Source: Eledone cirrhosa
Taxonomy: Eukaryota
Assembly (NCBI GenBank): GCA_964016885.1
Contig: OZ024743.1
Coordinates: 112,096,001 to 112,160,000 of the forward strand
DNA length: 64,000 nt
Direction of reading: 5' to 3'
Positions 41,427-57,484 of this stretch are shown piece after piece. The notes under the pieces were generated by a model. The model did no database searches. It had not been told where the DNA came from and saw only the letters and a list, made by a program, of their open reading frames with translations. Position 1 is the first letter of the stretch. The number at the start of each line of letters is the position of its first letter. A program made the translations under genes and the position numbers.

Positions 41427-42184
41427 ATATGTGCGTGTGCGTGTGCGTGTATGTGTGTTCCAATCTGATTGTTATTTCAATGACTGCCATTTACTAATGT
41501 TAGAGAGGAGAATTATATTAACTATATTGTCGGACTAAATGACCTAACATTATCTAGTTTTGTCCCATTACTATCCTATTCTAAATCCTTCTGGAATCTA
41601 ATTTCTCTTTGATCTTTGTCTGTTGGAAAAATTAATCAATCGACTGTACTGTATTTGTTCCATTCAGTTGAGTAACTTCAAATATGTGTTCATTACCCAT
41701 CTTAAAATTATTATATGTTGTTAGTTCAGTTGCGTGAAACATTCGGAAAATGCCTTCTCCTATAGCCACAGATTGTCTAATGCCTTGTGAGTGAATTTTG
41801 GTAGAAGGAAACTGTGTTTAGTAGAAGGAAACTGTATTTGTGTGTGTGCGTCATACATGTTTTAAGTTTACCGTGTGTTCTGTACTATAGCGGGGCGATT
41901 CTTCGAAGCAACATTCTCCAAATGACCCGGCTGGATAGCTAACCGAGGCGATCTGAGCTTATATATTTGATTCAACCACTTGCTCGTTTTCTAAATCTTG
42001 GTCTCCTGCGAATTAGCTTTTCAAGTACAATCAGTTGATATTTTTCCCATTAAAATAAACGTTATCAACTAATATTGTTATCTCTTTAAATATAAGTATT
42101 TCTAATCTTAACGTAAATACATTTTGTTTTTCTTTCTCTGGTGTATTTAATATATATTTCTACTACATGAACAAAGACAGAGTT

Positions 42185-42350
42185 GATTAAATCAGTCACA
42201 GGACATTACTGGTGTATTATTTTATTAATACCAGAAAGATGTAAGTGAAAGTTGACCTCGACGGGATTTGAACTCAGAGAGAGGGGGGAGCCGGTAAGAT
42301 CACCGCCAAGCATTGTATCAGACTACCTATCAATTTTGCCAACCACCATC
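42185..42350 (-). mobile_element. Old diverged SINE family 1 relative
   Basis: AAAGTTGACCTCGACGGGATTTGAACTCAGA matches the reverse-strand B-box region. Confidence 0.65.
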
Positions 42351-44257
42351 CCTTTATTTGCTTAATATTAACACATGGAAAAACAGTTGATAAATAAAGT
42401 GTCAGTTTAAAGACGTATACGGGCGGACATGGTAAAGTATCGCATATGATACGTTACAAGTTTACTCATGTTCTTTCCAAAATATGAGACTATATTTCGT
42501 CATGGCGTATTTAGATAACATACTTAATCGGTCATCCGGTTTAACGGTACTACGTTTGGATTTTTTTAACAGAGCCCACCATTCTTATCTGAGCCTATCA
42601 TTCTCCTTCTTATCCAGCACTTTTGGTGACCTTGGTGTTGATAATGTGCGCGACAAAACAATAAAAAACAAATCACATCAGTAAAAAGCAGCCAATTAAA
42701 AATTGTCTGAATTTGAAATATCAATGAGCTGTTAGTGGAAAACAAAATTGTCGATTATTCAATCGTTACTGCAGCACCCTATTAACACTCAATTTTTATT
42801 CCATATATTGTGGAATCAATTACGTAAACCGATAACGCCAGATGTCATCCAAAATTATCATAAAAGCATTAGCTTCCCCATCCCAATTACCTAGCCTATC
42901 ACATCTAAATATCTTCCATCTCATTTTCATCCTTATCACAATTACCTCTCCCCTAACATTTCCATACTATCTCAAATATTCACAATTACCTCTCTATTAA
43001 AATTAGATCTCCTCTTAAAGTTTTCTCCCCAACAAAATCCCTCACATATCAAAAATCTATACAAAGCAATACAGGAATTTTTAGGACACACTTAGAGATT
43101 TTAAACATCAAAGTGTAAATTAATTTCCTTTTTTTTTATGTATAATTATTTATTACGTAAAGTTTAATCAAATTTATTTATTTATTTACGTATTTATCTG
43201 TCAATATTTTAATATCTCTTAAAAATTGATAGTCTCTTTAGATTTAAATCCCCATAAAACTACACATATTTCGGGAAATATCTAGGCAGCCTTGGCTAGT
43301 GTAGTTCAATTTACTTCCATTTTGCAAGAGTCGCAACATTTTTTCTGCTATTTATCTTGCATCGCCAATCTATGATATCAATGTTAGCACACGTATGTTA
43401 GCATACTACATAGGTTAGGTTGAGGTGACTACTTGGATGCGCATATGTATATGGGGGAAATATGTGAAAGCTTCGCTGCTTAAGCGTGTTCACAAACCTC
43501 ATAGATTTTACATACAAAACCTCATAGATTTTACACACGCACGCACACACACACATATATATATATATATACATACACACACACACGCAGATATATATAT
43601 ATATAATAATAATTCAGAAACTGCTAACATTTAGTACATGTGTAGAGAACAATTAAATTGTAAGAAGATATACTATTTACTTTAAGATGGTAAATTAAAA
43701 CTTCTTAAATTTCGTATATATATCAGTTTCAAGAAATCGGAGAATTGATGCAAACCAACATTCTTAGTAATTAGTATCTATCAATAATTACTGAATTTTG
43801 TAATTAGCATCTCAAGACCAAAACGTATTGTATAAGAATCTCATATATAAGAAATACCAGATATATGCACAGGGCACAACTCAGAATATGCCCCCACAAG
43901 ATGTTAAAGTAATATTTAACAGAATAACAGATATGTCGAGATAGGCTGTAAGGAATGCTAAATATAGCAGATAGCTAATCCCATTAAGACGACTCACCTA
44001 ATTGAAATGGAGCAGAATTATACTAAATTTAGTTTTAATTGATACATATAAACGTTGTAACGATTGTGTTTCTTAAAATAAAATCTCAATGAATATTAGT
44101 ACAGAGCATGTAGCTATACAAAGTTAGAGGCCATGTAAAACTTGAGTTAGGTTTCGTACAAACACACACTCACACATACATACATACATACATACATACA
44201 TACATACATACATACATACATACATACATACATACATACATACATACATACATACAT

Positions 44258-45119
44258 TGACCAATTTACAGAAAAAGTTGTGCATGGATACTTGAGACGT
44301 AAAACACAGACCATAGAGTGGATAAACCACTCAAAAAGCCTGGCATGGAGTTCCGACAAGTTTATGACATCACACCTTGAGGGATATCTCTATGCAATAC
44401 AGGAACAAGAACTCCCTACCAAATATCTGCTGCACAAAAGGGGAGGGCCATCAGCTGATAATAAATGTAGGCTATGTAAAACAAAGATCGAGGATGTAAG
44501 CCACATTGTTGCCAGCTGCGAAAGAATGTCATATCGCTACTACTTCCCCATGAGGCACGATGGGATAGCTAGAACCATCTGGAACGCACTTCGGAAAACA
44601 AAATTAACAACAAACGAGGAAGAATATATTGAGACAGATGGCACTAAGGAATACTGGTGGAACCTGAAAATAAAAACTGCCACCAAATTAAAACACAACC
44701 GGCCTGATATTGTTGTTTGGGACCATACATTGAAAACGTGTTCTGTTGTGGAGATCAGCTGCCCACTTGATGTAAACGTTGTCAGAAAAATACAGGAGAA
44801 GGAGGACATCTACGGACCATTGATGAGGAGTTTACAAATCCAGTATCCAAGATACACCTTTAGCTTCATACCCATCATTATTGGAGCTACGGGTTATATA
44901 CCAACCCGTTTGGACCAAAGTATGACTGAACTTGGATTTGCGGATAAAGAGCGCAGCTCCCTAATTCATAGTCTACAAAGGGCTGTGATAGCTGGCACCT
45001 TCAAAATTTGCAAAATATTCTTGCGATTCAAGGGATGACAATTTCTTTTCTTTTAGAACCTTGTCACCAGGAAGGTGGTCGGTCAAAAAAATATACTCGA
45101 AATTAAGAGAAAGAGATAA
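44258..45119 (+). mobile_element. 5'-truncated R4/Dong-type non-LTR retrotransposon (RLE class) in (CATA)n
   Basis: (CATA)n on both sides; intact C-terminal ORF and a ~80-bp 3'UTR. Confidence 0.88.
44280..45038 (+). CDS. CCHC zinc knuckle and PD-(D/E)xK restriction-like endonuclease domain (partial)
   Basis: AIQEQ, CRLCKTKIEDVSHIVASC, RHD, RPDIVV..VVEISCP, KEDIY and IPIIIGATG. Confidence 0.88.
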   Translation: MHGYLRRKTQTIEWINHSKSLAWSSDKFMTSHLEGYLYAIQEQELPTKYLLHKRGGPSADNKCRLCKTKIEDVSHIVASCERMSYRYYFPMRHDGIARTIWNALRKTKLTTNEEEYIETDGTKEYWWNLKIKTATKLKHNRPDIVVWDHTLKTCSVVEISCPLDVNVVRKIQEKEDIYGPLMRSLQIQYPRYTFSFIPIIIGATGYIPTRLDQSMTELGFADKERSSLIHSLQRAVIAGTFKICKIFLRFKG

Positions 45120-45318
45120 CATACATACATACATGATGATGGCTGCCCCTTCGTTATCGAGTATGATCATTGCACGATATACCATTATTAATAATTATTA
45201 ATTAATTCTATTGACATACATACATACATACATACATACATACATACATACATACATACATACATACATACATGCATACATGCATGCATGCATGCCTGCA
45301 TGCATGCATACATACATA

Positions 45319-47118
45319 ATCTTACTGACCTCTACCAACAAGTTCTTAAGGGAGATACACTTATACCAGAATGGTTGACATTAGCACAAACGTTACTGGT
45401 CCCCAAGAACAAAGACAACCACTTGGCAAAAAACTACCGACCCATTGCATGCCAGAACCTGATGTATAATATGTGTACAGCCTGCCTGAACCTATTCCTC
45501 CAAGATCACTGTGAAAATAATAACATCATCACAGATGAACAAGCAGCTTGAAAGAAAGGGGTTTGGGGATGTGCTGAACAACTTCCACTCAACAAAACTG
45601 TGATGTCGGAGGTGAGACAACTCAGGAGGAATATGACTACTGTCTGGCTGGACTACAGGAAAGCTTTCGATTCTGTTCCCACTCTTGGATAATAGAGGCC
45701 CTGCAACTTGCTAAAGTCCCAGACATTATTGTCAGAGCCATAGAGAGGCTGCCTTTCTTCTTGGGCTACTATCCTAAGGTTAAAGACAGGGGTATATTTG
45801 GGGGACAGTCTCTCTGGGATATTGTTCATCTTGTCATTAAACCCCTTGTCCTTTCTCCTCAAGAAATGTGAGGGATACATCATTGGCTCACAGGAGGACA
45901 GAAATACAAACCTAACCCATAATTTCTTTGTGGACGATCTGAAACTCTATGCCAAGAACATGGATGGGATGAAGAAAAATCTTGACCTGGTTACAACGTT
46001 CTCAAATGATATAGGAATGGAGTTTGGCCAAGATAAATGCTCATATATGACTGTAAAGTGGGGAAAAACAACAACCCAAACTAGCAACATTGTCATCAGT
46101 CCAGACAACATTTGAATGTCGCATCATAACTCTCCGACAACATCTACGAACCTCGAAGCGTAGGAGCCCGTTTCTCGAGCAAGTCTATCTGCATGAAACA
46201 GATAAGATAATGAGAGTTGGGAAGGAACTCCTTGAGATATATTCCCTGTGTGATAATCAAAAACTCACACCCAGGGATGTAGCTCAGCAGTATCGCAGGA
46301 TGAAAAACTGCATGCCTATCGGCAAAAAATCATTCTTGCACATGTTGCCAGGAAGCTCCAGAGTGAGAGTAATATAGATAAGGAAAGTAGTCTATCTTGG
46401 ACCAACAACCGCTATATTGGCTCCCACTTTGAAGGATACGCTTTTGCAATCCAGTAACAGGAGATTAGCACGAAATACCTGATTTACAAAAGAGATAGGG
46501 GTGCAGGCAAAACACCTAGATGTGATAACAAGTGCAGACTCTGCAGAACTAACATCGAGGATATCACCCATGTCATCAGCAGCTGTCCAAAGATGTCATC
46601 GCGGTACTATCTACCTATGAGGCACGATGTAGTGGCCAAAACACTGTACAATGCAGTTCATAAAAAAGATAGCCCTGATAATAAACACATTAAAAGCTAC
46701 AACAATGTGGAAGACATCTATGTACATAATATGAAAGAGTACTGGTGGAATGTTCCAGTAAAAACCCCAATAAACTGCAGGCATAACAGACCAGATATTA
46801 TGATATGGGACAGGGCGAAGCAAACATGCACAGTAGTGGAAATTAGCTGCCCAGCAGATGCTAATATAATATCAAAGATTAGTGAAAAGAAGAATATTTA
46901 TGCAGAACTGATGAGAAATCTGCAGATACTCCACCCTGATTACACATTCAGATTTATGCCTGTGATTATTGAGGCACTGGGGTATGTTAGTAACTGCCTC
47001 AATACAAATCTTGAGAACTAGACTTCACAGGAACAGAAAGAACACAACTAGTTAGGAAATTACAAGTACAAACCATTAATGGAATAGTAAAAATATGTAA
47101 ACCATTCCAAAAATTTTG
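45319..47118 (+). mobile_element. Second, degenerate R4/Dong-type element (RT plus RLE) starting at (CATA)n
   Basis: NYRPIAC, WLDYRKAFDSVP, GDSLSGILF, FVDDLKLY, RHD and RPDIMI..VEISCP, with stops, frameshifts and internal deletions. Confidence 0.88.
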
Positions 47119-47642
47119 CATCTAATAACTGCCTATACACATGTACAGAGACAAAGCATATACACATGCACACATACAACTCAAAACATACACATCCACA
47201 CATACAATAACATCCATATCTACACATGCATGCATGCATACATACATATCTACCTAGTTGATGTTGTGTACATTCCAATGAGAGAGTCTTGTGTCTATGT
47301 TAGAAACCGACTCTCTCTCTATTGGTTAAACGGTAGCATTGTAGGGGGCCAGAGTAGCATTGCAGGGCCCGCTGTAATATTTTAGGGGCCAATGTTTAGC
47401 TTTCAAAAAATACCTGAAATCTAAGAGAAAGAATAATTTTTTTTTTAATAAACAAAACAATTAAGCAAAGCATTTGGTCAACCAATTTCCCAGGGAATTA
47501 ATAGAAACCAAAATATATGATAGCGAAAATAGCTGGAATCAGTGGTCGTACATTCTACTAAATCTAAAGCTTGGTGTATTTATTCATGCATGCAAACATA
47601 CATATATAGACACACACAAGCATATATATATATATATATGCT

Positions 47643-47695
<53 letters not shown>

Positions 47696-47696
47696 T

Positions 47697-48077
<381 letters not shown>

Positions 48078-48461
48078 CGTGTGTATGTGCGTGTGTGTGC
48101 GTGTGTGTGTGCGTGCGCGCATTCGTTCGAAGGGCATTTACTATGAGATTTTTGACTAGTGTACATCCATTCAAATGACAAACCGAAGAAGCAACTGAAT
48201 GACCACATAAAAGTGATAAATACTGGGGAATGTGTCAGAGAGATAATGGTTGATATTGCCACAGATATTTATATAGAAATAAAAGATCCTAGTTTGACTT
48301 CAGTCCAATAACATGTTCACAGACATCTGATTAGGATAATGATGGAACTGATTGAAACGTAATCTACATGTAAATAAAATATTTCTAATCTCTAAAGATC
48401 TAATTAAAAGTTCCTCGATATAATTTATAAAATCTGTTTTTGTGTGGTCATATCAGTAGCA

Positions 48462-48862
48462 GGATTGGCAATATCGATAGAGTGTCAGACAACATGCTTC
48501 GCAGCATACAGTTACAGACCTTTACGTTCTGAGTTCAAATCCCGCCTTTCATCCTTATGGGGTCGATAATTAAAGCACCCGTAATGCTCTAATCGATTAA
48601 TGATTTAATCGATTTTCCCTTCCTCAAAATGTCTGGCCTTGTGCCTAAAGTAGAAGAGGTTATTGTTAGGGAGTAGTAGTAGTAGTAGTAGTAGTAATCG
48701 TTTCTACTTTTGGCACAAGGCCAGCAAATAACCAGTGCATTACTGGTACTTTATTTTATCGACCCCGTAATGATCAAAGGCAAAGTTAACCTCGGCGAGA
48801 TTTGAACTCAGATCATAGAGGACCGTAACTATGCTGCAAAGCATGGTGTCCTACTCTCTACC
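48462..48862. mobile_element. Tail-to-tail SINE family 1 pair (48462-48660 plus, 48697-48862 minus) separated by (TAG)n
   Basis: Family motifs on opposite strands, about 40 bp apart. Confidence 0.88.
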
Positions 48863-49544
48863 AATCGTAGTGTATGGTTCCAAGAAGCGACAGCCAAGAA
48901 GTAGCTTAGTAGCAGCAATGGCAGTCGCAATAGCAGCAGTAGTAGTAAGAGCAACAAGAAGCTAGACTTTTGCTGTTAAGTTAAAAAGAAAGGTCAGCAA
49001 GAGCGTGTAGTCCTCACAGATGGATAGACCTATCGGACGTTGCAGGAAAATCTGTTTGAAAGATATTTGTTTCAAAGTCTAAACAACTGACTAGCGTCAT
49101 GTTTTATTATTTCTGCTTGGTCGAGCACAATATTAATGGATGATTGCTAACATGTGCTCAAGTTAATCAGACCGGCCATAATTTTTCTTTGCTTTATTAA
49201 TTGCTGGTATTGGTGTTGCTGTTGTTGTTGATTTGCTGTTGGTATTTTGTGTACATTTGTTTTTCCTTTCAATTATTAGCCGTGTTTTTTTTTTCCTCTG
49301 TGTTTTTTTTTACTAATCTTTCAGCAGAACACATATAAGGAAAAATCATTTCAAAGTTAAAGCGAGATAGAGTTAGCTAGATAACAGGATGGAAGGAAAG
49401 AAATTAAGAAGTTATAAGGAAACAAATAGATAATAATGGTAGAATGGGCAAATCAATGTTTTAAAATGTCTATAAATGTTTATACACACAAATACACATA
49501 TATTTCATATACATACACATACACATATATTTCACATATATTTC

Positions 49545-49594
<50 letters not shown>

Positions 49595-49758
49595 GCATGT
49601 ATGTATAAATGTATGTACAGTTAGGCACGAATTATTGCTCTCCGATTTCTTCCATCGATTTTCAGAGACTGCAGAGGTATATTGAACACCGTCATAGAAT
49701 TGATACTTTTCTTATTACCTAGAAAGGAGCAAAAGTAAAGCGAATTTTAACGGAATCT

Positions 49759-50463
<705 letters not shown>

Positions 50464-50465
50464 TG

Positions 50466-50518
<53 letters not shown>

Positions 50519-50553
50519 TACAGACATCACATAATCCTATATACTTAATATAC

Positions 50554-50645
<92 letters not shown>

Positions 50646-51707
50646 ATACAATGTTTTCGCTTATCGAAGCAAGAGTGCATGAGTATACATATAAAAATGA
50701 GAAAACTCATCGCTGCAACATCCGTTAAAACAGCTAAATGCTATCAAAGACATGCCTCAGAAGACAGAGACCAGCGGCCAGTGGTCAACAGAGAGAGACT
50801 CCGCAAGGTTGGAGACAAACAGGTGAAATATAGAAAGGATTGAAAGAACAGGAGGAAAAGGGTGTTGGCGCATAGAAGTGACTGGAAGAGAGAAAGAAAT
50901 AAGGCGGTGTACAAGACAAGTTTACACATACATCTTCACCCTCATCACCATCATAGTTTTGCATGATCTAATTAAGAGTACCATTTTGAAATGATGAATC
51001 GTGCAACAGAAACATAAGTTTTCCACTGGTATGATGTGTGTGTGATAAAACAAGCAGCACAAACGAAAACATTTTCTGTTATGATGTAATACAAATGACT
51101 CGTCTTTCCATGTGCTGGGGTTGAAAAATGCATCTTGTACGCACAAATTTCCCCCTCCCCCTTCCATAGATCTCCATGCTTTAACAACCCTACCCGTTCA
51201 CGTCCCGCCTCCTCTTGCACCTCTCATGTCCTAAAACTCCACCTATGCCTGAAAACCCTTCCCCCTCAAATACGCACATAGATCTATATCCCCAATCCTC
51301 CAACGAAGTCCCCAGCCGAAACTGTACAGTAGACATGATGGCGACACAGAGCCTAGTCCACACTGTAATGTGATAATGTAGGTGTCATGTCAAAAAGCAC
51401 CCAGTACTCACTGTAAATGTATTTGGTGTTAGGAAGTGCATCCAGCCGTAGAGACCCTGGCAAAACCAGTCACGTATGAACAAGTCCTGATTATCGGACC
51501 TGGCTTGTCTCACAATGGAGCAACTCGACTAACCAATGCGAGCTTTAAACAGTGACAATGATGATGATAAATATACATATATACATATGTATAGATATGT
51601 ATATATATACATATATATATATATGTGTGTGTGTGTGTATATATATGTGTGTGTGTATAAGTGAGTGTATGTGTGTGCATGTGTGTAAGTGTGTGTGGGA
51701 GTGTGTT

Positions 51708-51920
51708 AGCATGAATGGGCCTGTTATTTGTATCTAAAGACATGTTTTCCAATTCCACCCGGCCCGTCTCTTCAATCTATCTTATTTCTCATTCTTTCTT
51801 CTGATGAAGGACGAGCGTCCCAAACGTTAAGACCTCCTTCCTGCTATTCCAAGCGTTAAAGTAATATATTCCTTCCATATACTGTAGCGATTGTGTTGTT
51901 ATTTCTGTTTACATTTTACC
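51708..51920 (+). mobile_element. Short PLE-tail-like repeat, copy 3
   Basis: TCTT-CTGATGA-AGGAC gagc GTCC-CAAA-CGTT-AAGA (GAAA mutated to CAAA). Confidence 0.7.
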
Positions 51921-51963
51921 TATACATATATACCTATATTGATATATACATACATATATATAC

Positions 51964-52046
<83 letters not shown>

Positions 52047-52493
52047 TAAATATTCAATGCACCTAATGAATTGCATGAAATTTTAGATAATGCTGTCGGT
52101 AGATTATTGCTAAGAATTTCTAATTTGTTATCTGATAGGAACTTTCTAGTAATGCAGGAAATTGCATTTAGTGGTGCATTTTATTCTTACTTGATATTTC
52201 TTAACTGATATAAAGAGTTATACAGTACGAGTAAAAAATAACTTCAAATTTGTGGCCTCTATTTTATGATACAGCGCTCTCCTCTAAGAAGATAGCTCGC
52301 AAATTAATGTTCCAGTGTCTCAGTACTCTTTTCAGTCAAACTTTTTCAAACATATCTATAGATTTTATTTTTTCTATTTTATTGTTTTGTTTTGATTTGC
52401 GTCTTGTCTTCGTTTCTGTAGTCATACGGCATAGCAGAATCTATGATCTTAAACATATTACCTATATAAATAGGGTCATATTCTAAATCTATA

Positions 52494-52553
<60 letters not shown>

Positions 52554-52563
52554 CATATATATA

Positions 52564-52722
52564 TAGGAAAAGAGTCAGGACCCCGACGGCTGAGCTCCGA
52601 CTGTTTTGACAGCTAGATCCGGGGTTCTGACTCTTTTCCTATTACCCACTCTACTACCCTAAGTATCGAGTACTATGGTGTGTTATGGTCCACCTGGTTC
52701 CTTACCACACTTTCTCTGTTTT
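52564..52722 (+). mobile_element. Fold-back remnant, same family as 47763
   Basis: AGGAAAAGAGTCAG...CTGACTCTTTTCCT arms plus a near-identical tail ATTACCCACTCTACTACCCTAAGTAT. Confidence 0.78.
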
Positions 52723-52805
52723 ATATGTGTGTCTGTATGTACGTGTGTTTGTGTGCGCCCTTACACAACACACACGCGCACACACACACACACAGACACA
52801 CACAG

Positions 52806-52876
<71 letters not shown>

Positions 52877-54399
52877 TAGGGGTAGGTTTTCGTATGTATG
52901 CATGCTTCTGTGTATGTTTGTGTGTCTGTTATGTAATATTATATATGTTTTCCGGTCAGTTTACCTCAAGAAGTCCCATAAGTTCTAAAATACGCACTTC
53001 CAATAACAGCCTCAGGCTTGTGATTATACTGTTTCCCTTCACCTACACATCAAAATATCTTACTAACCTTCCAATCTAATATTTACTCTCTACGCTCTCC
53101 TGTCATATTTTCATTCTACCTTGCAAATGGAAGTAAATCTACGTGGCTATTCATCATGCTAGAAAGAACAGTCAATATCAAGAAAGGCACATTCTAATGT
53201 TTGAAAACGTAGAAACGTATGTAATAAATGATTTCCATGATACTCTAAGACTGAAACGAACGGTACTTTGAACTTTGGAATACTTTGTGTCTACTTGATC
53301 AGAATTGCCCTCGAGCTAAGCAACTGTATGGTGGACTGTACACTTTTTGATATTTATTTAATGAAGTTTGATCTCTTTATTTATTTATATACAGATATAA
53401 TGTGTGCCCTATTGTTTTCAACAGTTCTCTATCATTCAACGTGGTATATTTTCTTTCATGGTATATTTTCTGAGTACCTAGTGAAGTACCTATCTAACGT
53501 TTTTCTATCTAGTTTCATTCAGTTTTGCTGCAAGATCAACAATATCAGCATGAATTGTAGCAACAAGAGCAATACAATCAGCAAGGACATTAATAACAGC
53601 AACAACATTAACAGCAACAGCCTCACCAACAAGGCCAACAACACTATTAAGAGTAACAGCACCAACAACACCAACAACACCAACAGCAGCAGCGAAAGCA
53701 ACAGCAGCAATAGCACCAACAAATGCCATGGAATTAACAGTAGCAACAACAGCAGTGACACCAATAACTAGTGTTCCTTTCTCATCTTTCTAATGTTCAT
53801 CTATGTTGTATATTTTCCATGTCTTTATTCCTATTCCTGCCTGTAAGTATTCGCTTCTATTTACTGTTTTGAACATGCTTCTCTACAACTGCTATCTAAC
53901 TATACTGCTTCTGTTTCGTCGACTACTGCAAAGTCGAAACAGCTTCTCCAAATATTCAGTCAACTAAAATTGCCTCACGAATATATTCAATGTTATATTC
54001 TTTCCTATTTTGAAATATTTAAAGCCGGTTACATAACATGTTTATATTGCTATTGAGTTAGAACTAAACCTTTTAAATATGTTCAGTCATGTAAAGATAT
54101 TTCTTAGGTCTACTTAGTTTTCATTCTATATTCCCTTCCTCTATACCTCTTCATCAGGTAACATATCTAAATCTTTATATTCAGAACCCATAGGAAATGT
54201 GATGGCCACTGGTCTTCTACTTCTGGCAAACTTGTAAAATATATTCATATTCTATTAACTCAATTGTTCTAAATCAACAACAAACATATAGGAAACATGT
54301 AGTCGCTCGTTTACTGTATCTTAATTTATCCTTCTGTGAAAGGACATTTTCTAGCAACAATAATTCTGCCTAACCTTCGTATAATACAAATCATTTTAG

Positions 54400-54790
54400 G
54401 AAAGAGGAAAGTCGATTATATCAATCCAAGTACCTAAATGTAACTTTACATGCCCAGAAGCGAAGTATAAAAGGCAAAGGTTACCTCCAAAGGATTTGAA
54501 ATCAGAACTCAGGAAATCCTAACTAAATACCCCAAAGATATTTTCCGACGATTGAACAACACTACCACTCCCCAACTCTAACAGTAATAACATATTTTAA
54601 CATTAGCAGAAGACCAACAATATGGGGGAAATTAAAAGTCGATTATATAAACCCAGGTATTTAAATGGTACTATATCTTATCATGTCTGGAAGGATGAAA
54701 GGTAAAATTGACCTTTGAAGGGTTTGAACTCAAAATGTAGAGAAACTCATAAGTAAATAATGCAAACACTGACACCGCCAAACTACTGAC
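54400..54790 (-). mobile_element. Two old diverged SINE family 1 relatives
   Basis: AAAGGCAAAGGTTACCTC..GATTTGAAATCAGAA and GGATGAAAGGTAAAATTGACC..TTTGAACTCA. Confidence 0.6.
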
Positions 54791-55677
54791 CATTTCTAGC
54801 CACAATAACAGTGCTCAATATGCATTGTACTATATACCATGTCAAATTTGTACACACACATAATTTCAATTCCATCCGAGCCAGAGAATTTAATTCTTGG
54901 CAATTTTATTTTTAGCCACTTTCTTATTTTTCTTATTTTACAGTAAATTTGGATTTTTCTTCTGAATTTTGTTGTTTTGTGATTGTTTAATTCTCTGTTG
55001 AAATGATGTAATTTTGTCTGTCCCTAATTCATGTTCTAATTTTTCAGCCTAAAAAATGAACCATTATCTGTCATTTCATGTTTTACGTTATCTCTCGACA
55101 CAGTTCAATTGCTAATGATATTTTATTAAATATATTGTTTAACTTTCTGAGAATATCTTCTCCCAGTTTTTGCTTCAATTCTTTGTATACTCTCATTTAT
55201 TATACCTGCTCAACCTTGTGACTTAACATAGATTGTTCTCTTTAGTACTTTCATTATCAGCCTTGTCTACAATATAGGTTTCTCTTTTAGAATATATCTA
55301 AGGCTGACTCATACTTGAATTTTGGCCTTGCATTGTTTTTTTGACCAGCTTCCTATTCTTCTACAATTTTATGGCTTTTATCATTATAACTATTTGTTTA
55401 CCAGTAGTCTTATATTAATTGAAACCTATCACTGGTCATGGGTTTGTGCATTGTTTTGTTTTGCCTAACAGTGTACCTTATGTTGCTGTTTTATTGGTGG
55501 TGATATTATGGTGGCTGCTATTGATGTTGTTGTTGGTGTCGCTGATCTTATTACTGGTGTTTTTTTTTTGGCTTTGGAACGGTGGCTCTTGTTATTGTTG
55601 TAGTTTTCGTTTCAAGCGTTAACGTAATATATTCTTCCATATACTGTACCGATTGTATGTTATTTCTGTTTACCTTT

Positions 55678-55770
<93 letters not shown>

Positions 55771-55823
55771 TATATTATATTGTTGTCACTTTTATATTTG
55801 TAAATATGTTGTAACCATATATA

Positions 55824-55902
55824 CAGGGTGTCGCCAAAAAGTTTATATACCCTTTGATTAGAATGCTGTTGAAGTATATATACATTTTGGAGGAACACAC
55901 TG
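55824..55902 (-). mobile_element. ~80-bp MITE, copy 3
   Basis: TA-CAGGGTGTC...ACACACTG-TA; the interior is the reverse complement of the 22546 copy. Confidence 0.72.
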
Positions 55903-57102
55903 TATATGTATGTATATATATATACGTGTTTGGGTATATGTGTGTGCCTGTATGTCATTGTGTCAATCTTTGGAATCAAAATTACATCTGATGTACAATA
56001 GCCTCACTCTATATAATCTGTACATAAGATTCTCTCGAAAGTGTGTTATATAAGTGAATGCAAGGATAAACCATTATCAATAGATATCAATGCAAGAAGA
56101 TACGAGTTCTTTATACAACATTCTCAGTTGTAAACCTGATATGTAGATGCAGTGTAAAAATAAAAGAAGTTGTCAACGGAAATTAACTTTCTCATGTTGA
56201 TTAGAATGTTACAAGAATGAAATAGAGAGCAAAAACAGGTTCTCTCTCCATTTGAAAATTCTATCCTGTTGCATAGATAGGGAATCACCGAGCACATTAC
56301 AAAAAAAAATAACATCGGGATAACACACACGCACACACATGTGTAAGTATATGCCTGTAGGTGTGTGCGTGCGTACGTTAATGTATTTCTGAGAATCGAC
56401 AACTCTGTTGATGTGATATTTCGAGGCTGATGGTGTGGTATGACATAATTACTACCAATTAGGCTGTACATCTACAAATTGCTCTTTGAAATGATTGTAA
56501 AACAATGGATTAATTAATAATACACTGTTTTTTCATCCTTCCTTTGTTTAACCTCCCGCACACTCACATATATAGTATAAATACATATTTGCACACAAAC
56601 AGGACAGGATTTAGCCGAGAATGTGAGAGACGCCTACGTAAAGATACACATTTATATATATGAACATGCAATCCATGTTTTATTTAAGAATTTCTCTGTA
56701 GACTAAAAAAGTGAAGAGTTTGGTCCAATGTTCGGTCTTGGTTGCGAACACCATCAGAAACATTCCACATCCCTTAGAATATATTTATATATAATAAAAA
56801 TAAAAATGGCGTAGACATTACAGTACAATACAATACAATAGGAGGAAACATATAGTACCACTGATGATGTTGCATATGTGCAACGAAAGAACTCTGATAG
56901 ACTATATATATATATATTTATTTGTATATGTATTTTTAACCGTTGGTCAATCAATGATAAACATTGATTGCCAAATTAATTAACTATGGAGATATAAACG
57001 ATACAGAAGAGAAAACCAACCAAACAGTGAGGGTCTGATATTATTTCTGGCAATATTATAACAATATGACCCTCCTCAAGTATAACAATATAAATATATA
57101 TA

Positions 57103-57221
<119 letters not shown>

Positions 57222-57484
57222 GTTTCTTTTATTTGCCACTAGGGCATCAAAAGTGGGACAAGTACAAAGGGGGGAGTTTACACAAAAAGGCGTCCTCAAT
57301 AAGGAGGAGGCAATAACAAAATATAAAAATAAAATAAGATATAACAAAAAATAAAATTTTTAACAAAATCCTCAATAGAGAGGAGGCGCCTTGGGGGGTC
57401 GCACACACCCCCGAAAAAAGTGTGCAACCCTTTTCCTCAGGAGCACAGCGAGGGGGTGCTCCCTCGTTCCTTCCTCTTTTCCAC

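Noticed and set aside
53268-53771. 167-aa ORF with a hydrophobic N-terminus and Asn/Ser-rich tail
   Set aside because: Starts at TTG, the tail is a decayed (CAA/CAG)n tract, and there is no domain or splice support.
56852-56905. Intact hammerhead at CTGATGA-TGTTGCA tatg TGCAAC-GAAA
   Set aside because: Core and stem II are good but helices I and III do not pair; counted only as a probable relic.
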